NCBI RefSeq assembly: GCF_009914755.1
Contig: NC_060926.1
Length of the DNA: 64,000 bases
Source of the DNA: the human T2T-CHM13v2.0 reference genome, Homo sapiens
Direction: 5' to 3' (one strand)
Shown here: positions 43,405-55,332 of the stretch, in pieces
How the letters are laid out: every line of letters starts with the position of its first letter
Position numbering within the stretch: the stretch's first letter is position 1
The notes under the pieces: model-generated
The model's input: the letters and a program-made list of their open reading frames with translations, nothing else
The model's database searches: none
Told to the model about the DNA's origin: nothing
Program-made: the position numbers and the translations under genes

Positions 43405-44158
43405 TCTGATATGAATAGCTGGAACACTAGGACAGGAGCGAGGCTGGAAGGGAGGTGGATGGCTTTCCTGCTGCCCTGGCAGTGGAGCTGAGGTAGATCC
43501 CACCCATCACTCCCTCAGCCACCTTCATCAAGGCTGGGACCTCTGCCCACTATTGGGTAATACATCCACCCACTTGCTTTAGCTATAACCAGTGCCTACC
43601 CAGGGATATCTCCCTTACTGGCCTGAAGCCTGAATCATCAAATCAGCAAATAAAATACTGGGGAAAAATTAAATAAATAAATAATATATACACCATAAGA
43701 GAATGAGACAAGCTTCAAGAGATCCCTAAAATTCCAACCGCATAACAGACAGTGAACTTGCTCACACGACAAGTACGTACATTACAATCAGGATCTGGGA
43801 AAGTCAGTGCACAAAGACTCTTTATAACTAAGGAACTCATATAGCATCTTCACCCCTAAAAGTACCAAGAATCAAATTAGGCTATAATAATAATAAACAC
43901 TAAAGTCAGATCCTTAAGAGGGAAAAAAAGAAATTAAAAAGTATATAGTGAAATCAAAAATAAATTCAAGAACAGTTTGAAGAAATAGTCTACCCAAATG
44001 GGAAGAAACCAGAAAAGTAATTCTGGCAATATGACTAAACAGGGTTCTATAACACCCCCAAATTCCACAGCAATGGATCCAAATGAGATAAAATCTTTGA
44101 AATGCCAGATAAAGAATTCAGAAGGTTGATTATTAAGCTCCTCAAGGAGATGCCAGAG

Positions 44159-45154
44159 TGAAGCGGGCCTGCCCCTCCACACCTGTGAGTATTTCTCGTC
44201 AGGTGGGATGAGAGACTGAGAAAATTAGAAAAGAAATAAGACACAGAGACAAAGTATAGAGCAAGAACAGTGGGCCCGGGAACTGGCACACTCAGCATGT
44301 GAGGACCTGCACTGGCACCGGTCTCCGAGTTCCCTCAGTATTTATTGATTACTGTTTTCACTATTTTTGCAAGGGGGGTGCAGCAGGAGAACAGGGTGAT
44401 GGTGGGGAGAAAGTCAGCAGGAAAACATGTGAGTAATGGAATCTGCATCATAAATAAGTTCAAGGGAAGGTACTGTGCCTGGATGTGCATGTTTCTCTTT
44501 ACCCAAACATCTCAGTGTAGCAAAGAGTAACAGAGCAGTATTGTTGCCAGCATATCTCGCCTCCAGCCACAGGGCAGTTTTCTCCTATCTCAGAATAGAA
44601 CAAACAGTTGGCTTTATACTGAGACATTCTGCTCCCAGGGACGTGCGGCAAACAGAGTCCTTCCTCTTATCTCAACCACAAAGAGGCCTTCCTCTTTTAC
44701 TAATCCTCCTCAGCCCAGACCCTTTATGGGTCTTAGGTGTTGGGCTGGGGGACCGTTAGGTCTTTCCCTTCCCACGAGGCCATATCTCAGGCTGTCTCAG
44801 TCGGGGGAAACCTTGGACAATACCCAGGCTTTCTTGGGCAGAGGTCCCTGCGGCTTTCCGCAGTGCATCGTGTCCCTGGTTAATAGAGAATGGAGAATGG
44901 CAGTAACTTTTACCAAGCATACTGTCTGCGAACATATTGTTAACAAGGCACATCCTGCACAGCCCTAAATCCCTTAAACCTGGATTCAATACAGCACATG
45001 TTTCTGTGAGCACAGGGTTGGGGCTAAAGTTACAGATTAACAGCATCTCAAAGCAGAAACAATTTTTCTTTGTACAGATCAAAATGGAGTTTCTTATGTC
45101 TTCCTTTTCTACATAGACACAGTAACAATCTGATCTCTCTTTCTTTTCCCCACA
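44159..45154 (-). mobile_element. HERV-K(HML-2) solo LTR (LTR5A/LTR5B type), 996 bp
   Basis: Reverse complement starts TGTGGGGAAAAGAAAGAGAGATCAGATTGTTACTGTGTCTATGTAGAAAAGGAAGACATAAG. Perfect 6-bp TSD CCAGAG (44153-44158, 45155-45160). Interrupts L1 ORF1. Confidence 0.95.
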
Positions 45155-46571
45155 CCAGAGGAAGGTGAAAACCAACATAAAGAAATCCAGGATATGAATG
45201 AACAATTTTCAAAAGAGATAGACATCATAAAGAAAAGTCAATCAGAACTTTTGGAAATGGAAGACACACTCAGAGAAATGCAAAATGCGGTGAAAAGTTT
45301 CAACAATAGATAAGAACAAGTAGAAGAAGGAATTTCAGAGCTCAAAGACAATGCTTTTGAGTTAAGCCAATCAGACAAAGTTAAAGAGAAAAGAATTTAA
45401 AAATAAAGACTAGTGTCTTAACAATGTGGGATTATGTAAAATGGCCAATATAGGAATAACTGGTGTTCCTGAGGGAGAAGAGGAGTCTAAAAGTTGGAAA
45501 AATTTATTTGAAGGAATAATTGAGGAAAACTCCCCTAGCCTAGTTAGAGATCTAGGTATCCAAATACAAGAAGCTCAAAGAACTTCTGGGAAATTCATTG
45601 CAAAATGATCATCACCAAGGCACATAGTCATCATGCTATCTAAAGTCAACATGAAGGAAGAATTTTAAGAGCTGTGAGACAAAAGCTCAGGTAACGTATA
45701 CAGGCAAACCTATCAGGCTAACAGTAGATTTCTCAGCAGAAACCTTCCAAGCCAGAAGGGATGGAGGTCCTATCTTTAGCTTCCATAAACAAAATAATGG
45801 TCAGCCAAGAATTTCGTATCTAGCAAAACTAAGATTTATAAATGAAGGAGATACAAAGTGTCTCCTTCAGACAAACAAATGGTAGTGCAAATTCCCTCAG
45901 GCAAACAAATGCTGAGGGAATTTGCCACTACCAAAACCAGTACTACAAGAAATGCTAAAAGGAGTTCTAAATCTTGAAAGAAAAGCTTGATATGCACCAA
46001 AATAGAACTTCCTTAAATCACAAATCTCACAGGGCCTATAAAACAATAACACAATGAAAAAAAAAGTATCTAGGTAACAACTAACATAATGAATAGAACA
46101 GTACCTCACATCTCAATATTAACATTGAATGTAAATGGCCTAAATGCTCCATTTAAAAGATAGAGAATGGCAGAATGGATTAAAAAAAATGCCAACCAAA
46201 TGTCTACTTCAAGAGACTCATCTAACTCATAGGGACCCATATAAATTTAAGGTGAAGGAGTGGAAAAAGATATTCCATGCAAATGGAAACCAAAAGTGAG
46301 CAGAAATAGTTATTCTTATGTCTGACAAACAGACTTTAAAGCAACAGTAGTAAAAAAAGACTAAGAAGGACACATATAATGATAAAATAATTAGTCCAAT
46401 AAGATATCACAATCCTACATTTATATGAACCTAACACTGGAGCTCCCAGATTTATAAAACAATTACTACTAGGCCTAGGAAATGAGATACACAGCAATAC
46501 AATAATAGTGGGCGACTTCAACACTATACTGCCATTGAGAGAAAAAGTCAACAAACATGGACTTAAACAAT

Positions 46572-46944
46572 TGTGAGAATTAACAAAATGATGCCATTTT
46601 TCTACCTTGGTGGCTGTGTTTCCTACCTTGGTAACAGTGTTCCCAAAAACAAGGCAAAAGTCAACCTCGCCCATACCTTTAATAGAACATAACAACCCTG
46701 ACTACGATGAAGCCTGTCCGGCCCTTACCACATCCTTACCCAGCCCCCTATGCTTCCAACCTGCCAGCACTTCTCCAACCCTTCCCCTATAGAAACTTCA
46801 TTATAAAAACTCAACTTGTAAGTGATCAGGGTCTCAGCCAGATTCCTGACTGGAATCCCTCGAGGGCTTATTCTTGTAAATAAACCTGTTTGGCCTATGA
46901 GTTGCCTTCTCTCTCACTTCCTTTCTTCAAAAATCTTCCCAACA
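46572..46944 (+). mobile_element. Solo LTR, family not recognised (373 bp), inside L1 ORF2
   Basis: TG...CA termini, TATAAAA at ~46802, AATAAA at ~46879, flanks ACAAT/ACTAT. L1 GGACTTAA|ACTATACTCTAGA is continuous across it. Confidence 0.8.
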
Positions 46945-49230
46945 ACTATACTCTAGAAAAAATAGACCTAACAGATATTTACAGAACATTCTACCCACAA
47001 CTGCAGAATATGCATTCTTCTCATCAGTACATGGAACATTCTCCAAGATACATCATATGATAGGTCACAAAACAAATCTCAATAAATTTAAGAAAATCCA
47101 AATCATATAAAGTATCTTCTCAGACCACAGTGGAATAAAACTGGGAATCAACTCCAAAAGAAATCCTCAAAACTAAATAAACACATGGAAATTAAATAAT
47201 CTACTCTTGAATTATCTGGGGTTAGCAATGATACCAAGAAGAAATTTACAATTCTTTGAAATAAATGATAATAGCGACACAACCTATCAGAACATCTGGG
47301 ATATAGCAAAAGTGGTGCTAAGAGGAAAATTCATAGTGTTAAATGCCTGCATCTAAATGTCGAAAAGAGCACAAATTGACAAACTAATGTCACACCTCAA
47401 GGAACTAGAGAAACAAGAGCAAAACAAACCCAAACCCAGCAGAAGACAAGAAATAACAAAAATCAGAGCAGAACTAAATGAAATTGAAACAAAAAAAATA
47501 CAATAAATAAAATTGAAAGCTAGTTCTTTGAAAACATAAACAAAATTGATAAATCATTAGCAAGATTAACCAAGAAAACAAGAGAGAAGATCCAAATAAG
47601 CTCAATTAGAAATGAAACAGGAATTATTATAACCAATACCACAGAAATACAGATCATTCAAAGCTACTATGAACATCTTTATGCACACAAACTAGAAAAT
47701 CTAGAGAAAATGGATCATTTCCTAGAAATATATAACCCCCCTAGATTAAATCAGGAAGGAATAGAAACCCTGAAGAGACCAATAACATGCAGCGAGATTG
47801 AATCAGTAATAAAAAAAATTAAATTGCCAACAATAACAAACACGTCCAAGACCGGATGGATTCACAGCTGAAATCTACCAGACATTCAAAGAATTGGTAC
47901 CAATCCTACTAAAAATATTCTAAAAGATAGAAAAAGAAGAAATCCTCCCTAAATCATTCTATAAGGCTAGTATTACCCTAATACCAAAATCAAGACAGGA
48001 CATAACAAAAAAAAGAAAACTACAGACCAATATCCCTGATGAAGAGAGTTGCAAAAATCCTTAACAAAATACTAGCTAACCAAATCCAATAGCACCTCAA
48101 AAAGGTAATATATCATGATCAAGTTGGTTTCATCATAGGGATTTAGGAATGGTTTAACATATGCAAGTCAATAAATATAATATATCACATAAACATAATT
48201 AAAAACAAAAACCATATGTGATCATCTCAACAGATGTAGAAAATGTATTTGATAAAATCCAGTATCCATTTATGATAAAAACCCTCAACAAAATAGGCAG
48301 AGAAGAGATTTATTTCAAAGTAATAAAGGCCATATATGACACACCCACAGCTGACATCATACTGAACAGGAGAAAAGTTGAAAGCATTCCCTCTGATAAC
48401 TGAAACAAGACAAGGATTCCCACTTTCATGAATTTTATTCAACATAGTACTGGAAGTCCCAGCCAGAGTAATCAGGCAAGAGAAATAAATTTTTAAAAAA
48501 TCCAAATTGAAAAAAATTAAGTCAAAAACTGTTGCTGTTCACCGATGATATGATCTTATACCCAGAAAACCCCAAAGACTCATCCAAAAACCTCCTAGAT
48601 CTGATAAATGAATTCACTAAAGTCTCAGGATACAAAATCAACATGCATAAACCAGTAGCACTGCTACAATGACCAATAATGACCAAGCTGAAAATTGAAA
48701 ATTAAATCAAGAACTCATTCCCTTTTACGACAGCTGCAAAATAAATAATAAATAAATAAATACTTAGGAACATACTTAACCAAGGAGGTGAAAGATCTCT
48801 ACAATGAAACCTGCAAAACACTGCTGAAAGAAATCATGGATGACACATACAAATGGCAATACATGCGTGTCATGCTCATGGATGGAAAAATCAATATTGT
48901 GAAAATGGCCATAGTGCCCAAAGCAATCCATGGATTCAATGAAATTCCCATCAAAATACCATCATCATTCTTCACAGAAATAGAAAAAATAAATCCCCAA
49001 ATTTATATGGAACCAAATAACAGCCTGCATAGCCAAAGCAATGCTAAGCAAAAAAAACAAATCTGGAGGCACCACATTACCTGACTTCAAATTATACTAC
49101 AAGGCTATATTTACCAAAACAGCATGGTACTGGTTTAAAAATAGGCACATAGACAAATGGAACATAATAGAGAACTTAGAAATAAAGCACAATACTTATA
49201 TCTAATTGATCTTTGATGAACCACACAAAA

Positions 49231-50428
49231 ACTGAGTTGTGGACTAAAGAGCTGTAAGCAAAGTTTTTACTTTACGTAATTACTTACAATTCATATATCA
49301 TGAAAACTGAAATTTAAACTGTGTTGTTGGAGGACTGTTGTTATTTAACTAAAATGTGGCAATTTAAATTAAACTGTGTTTTTGGGGACTGGTCCACAAC
49401 TCAGTAAGTTAATGTTTGATGTACATCATGATCAGTCACCAACCATGACACTTGTTTCAAAATGTGTTGGCAATTGATTTCGGAGCATCTATTAACAGGT
49501 CCACAACCAGGCAGCAAAGTGTAGCACTGTGTTGCCTCCCTGTCTCCCAGTGGTAAATCTATGCTACGTTTTATGGAAAATGGAAAATTGAAAGAGAGAA
49601 ATGACCAAAAAAGATAGAAGTGTAGCAAAAAGAAGGAGGAAGATGAAGAAAAGTGAAGATGCTGGAAGTGAAATTCAAATAGAATGTAAATTCAAAGAAT
49701 CAAATTCAGATAGAATTTGATTTGTTAAATGATATACAAGTTTATTATTAAAGGACTAACTGTCATAACTAACATATATTGAAGGCTTACTACCTCTCAG
49801 CACTAAGTGCTTTACATACCCAAACAATTATTTACACTGCATACTAACACAATACATAACTGACTGTGAGAATGTTAACACTGCCATTCAAGAGACATGT
49901 AGCCAAAGAAAACTATTATTGTAAAGGTGAACTTAGTGACATAAATGAGGAAAGTTGTTGTGATTAAAACGATGAACATGTCCCAGATAAGGTGACACTC
50001 ATAAAAACTTCACAGGAACTCTCAGAGATATTCTATAACATTTTAAGCACAAAGGGTAAAATGTTGGAAGCTGATTCAAACTTGAAAAGGAGTAAGATAA
50101 CTTACCAGAGCATGAAAAAATATCATTTTCTCATCATAACTTATACAAAAAGAAAAAAAGAAAAGTTTTTTAGGAAAGAAATAGAACACTTTGGTTCTCA
50201 ATGTCTCTAAGGTTTTAAATTATGATGTACTAAGTAAATATTAGTTTTACTGAGTTTTTGCATATCTATACATCTATAATCAACATTAAGAAAGTTTTTA
50301 CTGTTTGGATAGAAAATTTTAAAGGTCACAGAAAATCGGAATAGTCCTACTCATTAATAAAATTACTTTACATGTTTGGGTATTTTATTTTTATAGTCCT
50401 AAAACTGCCACAAAGAGAGAACTACTTG
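49231..50428. mobile_element. MER82-like TcMar-Tigger DNA transposon remnant, rearranged
   Basis: TGTGTTGCCTCCCTGTCTCCCAGTG, GCTGGAAGTGAAATTC, ATGTTGGAAGCTGATTCAAACTT and TTTTAAAGGTCAC match recalled MER82. Confidence 0.7.
49716..49848 (+). repeat. Inserted copy of 53204-53333
   Basis: Shared TATACAAGTTTATTATTAAAGGACTAA, ATATTGAAGGCTTACT and TTTACATACCCAAACAATTATTTACACTGCATA. Confidence 0.92.
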
Positions 50429-50946
50429 TATTAAAAATACCAAGTAAGCAAATAAACAAATTAGCTATACTATAATATTGGTAAAATTCAAATAAATATT
50501 GCATATGAAAAAAGGATTCTGAAGTATTATAAGAAAGTCAGAAAATATAAAAGTATATTCATTTTAACGGTATTAACAGCTTCCTCAAAAGTAACATAAG
50601 CAAAATTAAAATACAGCATGTGAAATGCAAAGACTTAGCTAATAACTAACATGAGGAATTCAAATAATAAAATTTACAAATAGGTCAAGTGATAAATGGG
50701 CTATCAGAGAAGAAAATAATCTTTAGAAAGGAAGATTGTGGTTGCAAGTAACTAAATTATAATGAAGCTTGCACAAATTGAAAGGAAATAATTAAAAAGC
50801 AAGATGTTCAGTCTTCATGGGAATTAAGCTTGGAGCTAGAAAGTCGAGAATTATTTATTCATAATAAAATTTGGGGTGATCTCAAAATAGTAATCATTCA
50901 GCTATAACTTAACAGTAAAGCCCATTCATTAAAAGTAGTATTTTGA

Positions 50947-52377
50947 GCTCTCCCCTCTCCCCTCTCCCCTCTCCCCCTCCCTCTCCCCACAGTCTCCCTC
51001 TCCCTCTCTTTCCACAGTCTCCCTCTGATGCCCAGCCTAAGCTGGACTGTACTGCTGCCATCTCGGCTCACTGCAACCTCCCTGCCTGATTCTCCTGCCT
51101 CAGCCTGCCGAGTGCCTGCGATTGCAGGCGCGCGCCGCCACGCCTGACTGGTTTTCGTATTTTTTTGGTGGAGACGGGGTTTCACTGTGTTGGCCGGGCT
51201 GGTCTCCAGCTCCTAACCGCGAGTGATCCACCAGCCTCGGCCTCCCGAGGTGCCGGGATTGCAGACGGAGTCTCGTTCACTCAGTGCTCAATGGTGCCCA
51301 GGCTGGAGTGCAGTGGCGTGATCTCGGATCGCTACAACCTCCACCTCCCAGCCGCCTGCCTTGGCCTCCCAAAGTGCCGAGATTGCAGCCTCTGCCCGGC
51401 CGCCACCCCGTCTGGGAAGTGAGGAGCGTCTCTGCCTGGCCGCCCATCGTCTGGGATGTGAGGAGCCCCTCTGCCTGGCTGCCCAGTCTGGAAAGTGAGG
51501 AGCGTCTCTGCCCGGCCGCCATCCCATCTAGGAAGTGAGGAGCGCCTCTTCCCAGCCGCCATCCCATCTAGGAAGTGAGGAGCGTCTCTGCCCGGCCACC
51601 CATTGTCTGAGATGTGGGGAGCGCCTCTGCCCCGCCGCCCCGTCTGGGAAGTGAGGAGCATCTCCGCCCGGCAGCCACCCCATCCGGGAGGGAGGTGGGG
51701 GTCAGCCCCCGCCAGGCCAGCCGCCCCGTCCGGGAGGGAGGTGGGGGGGTCAGCACCCCGCCCGGCCAGCCGCCCCTTCCAGGAGGTGAGGGGCACCTCT
51801 GCCCGGCCACCCCTACTGGGAAGTGAGGAGCCCCTCTGCCCGGCCACCACCCCGTCTGGGAGGTGTACCCAACAGCTCATTGAGAACAGGCCATGATGAC
51901 GATGGCGGTTTTGTGGAATAGAAAGGGGGGAAAGGTGGGGAAAAGATTGAGAAATCAGATGGTTGCCGTGTCTGTGTAGAAAGAAGTAGACATGGGAGAC
52001 TTTTCATTTTGTTCTGTACTAAGAAAAATTCTTCTGCCTTGGGATCCTGTTGATCTGTGACCTTACCCCCAACTCTGTGTTCTCTGAAACATGTGCTGTG
52101 TCCACTCAGGGTTAAATGGATTAAGGGCGGTGCAAGATATGCTTTGCTAAACAGATGCTTGAAGGCAGCATGCTCGTTAAGAGTCATCACCACTCCCTAA
52201 TCTCAAGTACCCAGGGACACAAACACTGCGGAAGGCCGCAGGGTCCTCTGCCTAGGAAAACCAGAGACCTTTGTTCACTTGTTTATCTGCTGACCTTCCC
52301 TCCACTATTGTCCTATGACCCTGCCAAATCCCCCTCTGCGAGAAACACCCAAGAATGATCAATTAAAAAAAAAAAAA
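50947..52377 (+). mobile_element. Full-length SVA retrotransposon (SVA_D-like)
   Basis: CCCTCT-type repeats, Alu-like domain (~51030-51390), GC-rich VNTR (~51390-51865), SINE-R (to ...GAAACACCCAAGAATGATCAAT) and A13 tail. Confidence 0.97.
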
Positions 52378-52840
52378 TTTAGATAATCAGGAGAAAATTG
52401 GCATACTCACGAGCACTGTTTGAGATACTGCAAATTAGTACAATGTTTGAGAAAGAAATTTGTCAATGTATAACAAACACTTAAAAATGTGTTTCTTATG
52501 ACCCAATTTCACATTTAGAAATTAATTTTTAGGAAATAATTGTAACTTTATGAAAAAGTTAACATATGAGGATGTTCATTTTTATGCTATTTATAATAAT
52601 AGAGAATGAAATTAATAACCAATACTCTATAAGAGAATAAGTGGTTATATTCTTACTTAATGAAATATCATTCATTTTATAAAATTCATAGAAATCTTCC
52701 AGTTCTTCTCTATAGACATGCAATGCCCATGTGTAATAACATGGAGAAAGGTATAGGTTCTTTAATTTCTCTCTGAGAGAATATTATAAGTGGTAGGAAG
52801 AATCTGGTAAAAATCACTTAAGATAAAAGAATAACTATAA

Positions 52841-53143
52841 AGCAGGACTGCTCAAATTATATGTGGTAAAGGACCAGTTGTGTTGCTATTGTTGTTTTTG
52901 TTAATCCTAGCTCATTGTAGGCCAATATTTTAAAAATAAAGTTAAAAGAATTAATAGAAAAATAAAATAAAACAGCACTAAACTGACGTGCTTAATTTTT
53001 AGATTCAATACACAAAAATTGCTTAGTCAAATCACCGCACAGGTTTCTAAACACTTACTCTCAATTTCTGTGCTTATCACAGACTTATAACAACCAATTT
53101 AATTTACAGACCACCAAACTGTGGAACACGATTTGAGTAGCAT
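52841..53143. mobile_element. hAT-Charlie (Charlie4-like) DNA transposon remnant
   Basis: Ends CTGCTCAAA... and ...TTTGAGTAGCA form imperfect TIRs. Internal GTTTCTAAACACTTACTCTCAATTTCTGT. Confidence 0.6.
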
Positions 53144-53254
53144 CAAAATAGTACATTATATGACTGCTTTCTGAAGAGTGTTGGTCTTGTAAACGGCAAA
53201 GCTTTTGATTTGTTAAAATGGTATACAAGTTTATTATTAAAGGACTAATTGTCG

Positions 53255-53455
53255 TAACAGATATTGAAGGCTTACTCCCTCTCAGTACTAAGTGATTTAC
53301 ATACCCAAACAATTATTTACACTGCATAATAACCATGTGAGTAGAATTATTCCATTCATTTTACAGATACATAGAAGTTAAGTAACGATCCTAGGGACAT
53401 ACAGCTAGTCAGCAGCCAACCTGGGATTTGAACAGAGACGTTATGACTGTGAATC
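53255..53455 (-). mobile_element. MIR
   Basis: TATTGAAGGCTTACT...CATTTTACAGAT...GTTAAGTAAC...ACAGCTAGT...CTGGGATTTGAAC. Confidence 0.75.
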
Positions 53456-54086
53456 CACTGGGAGCCACTGTCCCTTGTCATCCCATACCACATTGTCTCT
53501 GGGGACAAAGCTGAACTGCTCACATCTGTGGAATAGAGGCTAAGCATCATATCTGGAAAGATAGCAGTCTACTGGCAACGGCAAGAGAACTCACAGATGC
53601 ACCTGAGAAGATGAATGAATAGAATTTAATGGGGGATTGTGCTGGAAACTCCTCTGTCTATTCTGTGATGTCTTTGATATATTTGAGACTCCCCACCTCC
53701 AAAATTATTGAGTATAATTGGATGTATGGGGAAAGTAAAGAAAGGGCTGACATGTATTTCAATGTTTAGTTGTCACTGTTCTTCATAGATTGCAATATAC
53801 ATAACAGACCAAAATTAACTGTGTTAAAAGGTTACAGTGTTTTTTAAATGAGGGTAATATTCTTTTATTTATGTATTTATTTATTTATTTATTTACTTAT
53901 TTTTCTGAACCTCAGATACAGAGAGAGAAAATCAATCATGTGTCTCAGTTCATGACAAAAGTGATCTGGGCAAGGCTCTTGTTTTGTTTCATGTTAATAT
54001 TTATTTCCCTTTGTCTCAGTTGCCTACTGCCATTTCTCTGCTCAGCAAAAAGGCAAACATTTTAACATATTTCTCATATAGAAGGG

Positions 54087-54540
54087 TATGTGTGCAGGCG
54101 CATGTGTGTGTATACATACATACACGTATGTGTGTACGTACATACACGTATGTATGTGTGTACGTGCATACGTGTGTGTATGTGTGTATACATGCATACA
54201 TATGTGTGTATGTGTGTGTGTGTGTGTATACATGCATACATGTGTGTGTGTGTATACATGCATACATATGTGTGTATGTGTGTGTATGTGTGTATACATG
54301 CATACATATGTGTATATGTGCATACATATGTGTGTATGTGTACGTATACATGCATATATGTGTGTGTACATGCATATATGTGTGTGTGCATACTTGCATA
54401 CGTGTGTGTGTATGTGTGCATACATATGTGTGTGCATACATATGTGTGTGTGCATGTGTGCGTGCATACATATGTATGTGTGTGTACGTGCATATATATG
54501 TGTGTATGTGTGTATGTACACACATACACACATACATATA
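54087..54540. repeat. ~450-bp compound alternating purine-pyrimidine repeat (TG/TA/CA/CG)
   Basis: Recurring unit TGTATACATGCATACATATGTGTGTATG(TG)n. Explains the six overlapping C/V/Y/H/T-rich ORFs. Confidence 0.95.
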
Positions 54541-55332
54541 ATCCTTTTATTTGCTTGTGTTCTTGTGTAATAGGAATTTTGTGTTTGTATTTTAAACTTG
54601 TTTTTCTCAATGACTTGTTTCAAGATCTACCTACCTCACAGCTTGTACATGTTACTCATTGCTTCTGAATATGCCACACTGTCCATCCAGAATGCATTCT
54701 AACTGCAAGTGCTCTTTTTCTCTTGAAGCTCTGGGTCAAAATAATAATAACGTGCTCACCTAAAATAAATCAATTTAACAGAAAGGAAAATATTTTTATG
54801 TAAAATTAAATAAGCAAAGCTCTGTAGTGGTCTTCAGATTTTTTATATTACATGCTAACATACATAAGAAAAGTTAAGATTTATTATCATGTTTTGGTGA
54901 ATTAAAATAATCAAGTGGTTTTACTTATATGACCCCAGGATTATAAGTCATTATTTTTCTATATGTAAGATTCTGGAAGCATAAGATCATTATGTATACA
55001 TAATTTTACAGATGTTCATGGCATTTTTAGAGAGTTACTTACAGTGTTAAACAACCCAGTTACAATCAAACTAATATTTTAGATATGCTTAGGATTCTGG
55101 AAAAACATGATTTAAAATGCTTTAAATTCAGTAAATTTTGACAACGGGACTTGATGGGAAAGTACTTGGATAATTGAACCCACCTATAAAATCTTGATAC
55201 AGGAACAGAATAGTTAAATTGAGATAAACCTAATTGAAATCTTTAAACAATTACCAGAGAGTCTAATTTCATTTGAGTATAGAGTATCAGTGTCCAACAT
55301 TGTTTAAAAATGACTTTAAAAAATAATATTTA

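Larger units (their letters stand above)
42147..49230 (+). mobile_element. Old L1 (L1PB/L1PBa-like), 5'-complete and 3'-truncated, with three nested LTRs; ORF1 and ORF2 disrupted
   Basis: CAAGATGGC YY1 motif at 42150, long 5'UTR, ORF1 ATG at 43998, ORF2 ATG at 46089 (ATGAATAGAACAGTACCTCACATCTCAATATTAACATTGAATGTAAATGG), and ORF2 peptides [23 protein letters not shown] and [16 protein letters not shown]. Homology stops at ~49230. Confidence 0.9.

Noticed and set aside
50898-52358. Many overlapping GC-rich ORFs, an apparent CpG-island promoter and a repeat array
   Set aside because: All explained by SVA Alu-like, VNTR and SINE-R domains. The VNTR has no unique spacers, so it is not CRISPR-like.
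53984-54668. Six overlapping 160-193-aa ORFs rich in C/V/Y/H/T
   Set aside because: Artefact: RY-alternating DNA cannot encode stop codons.
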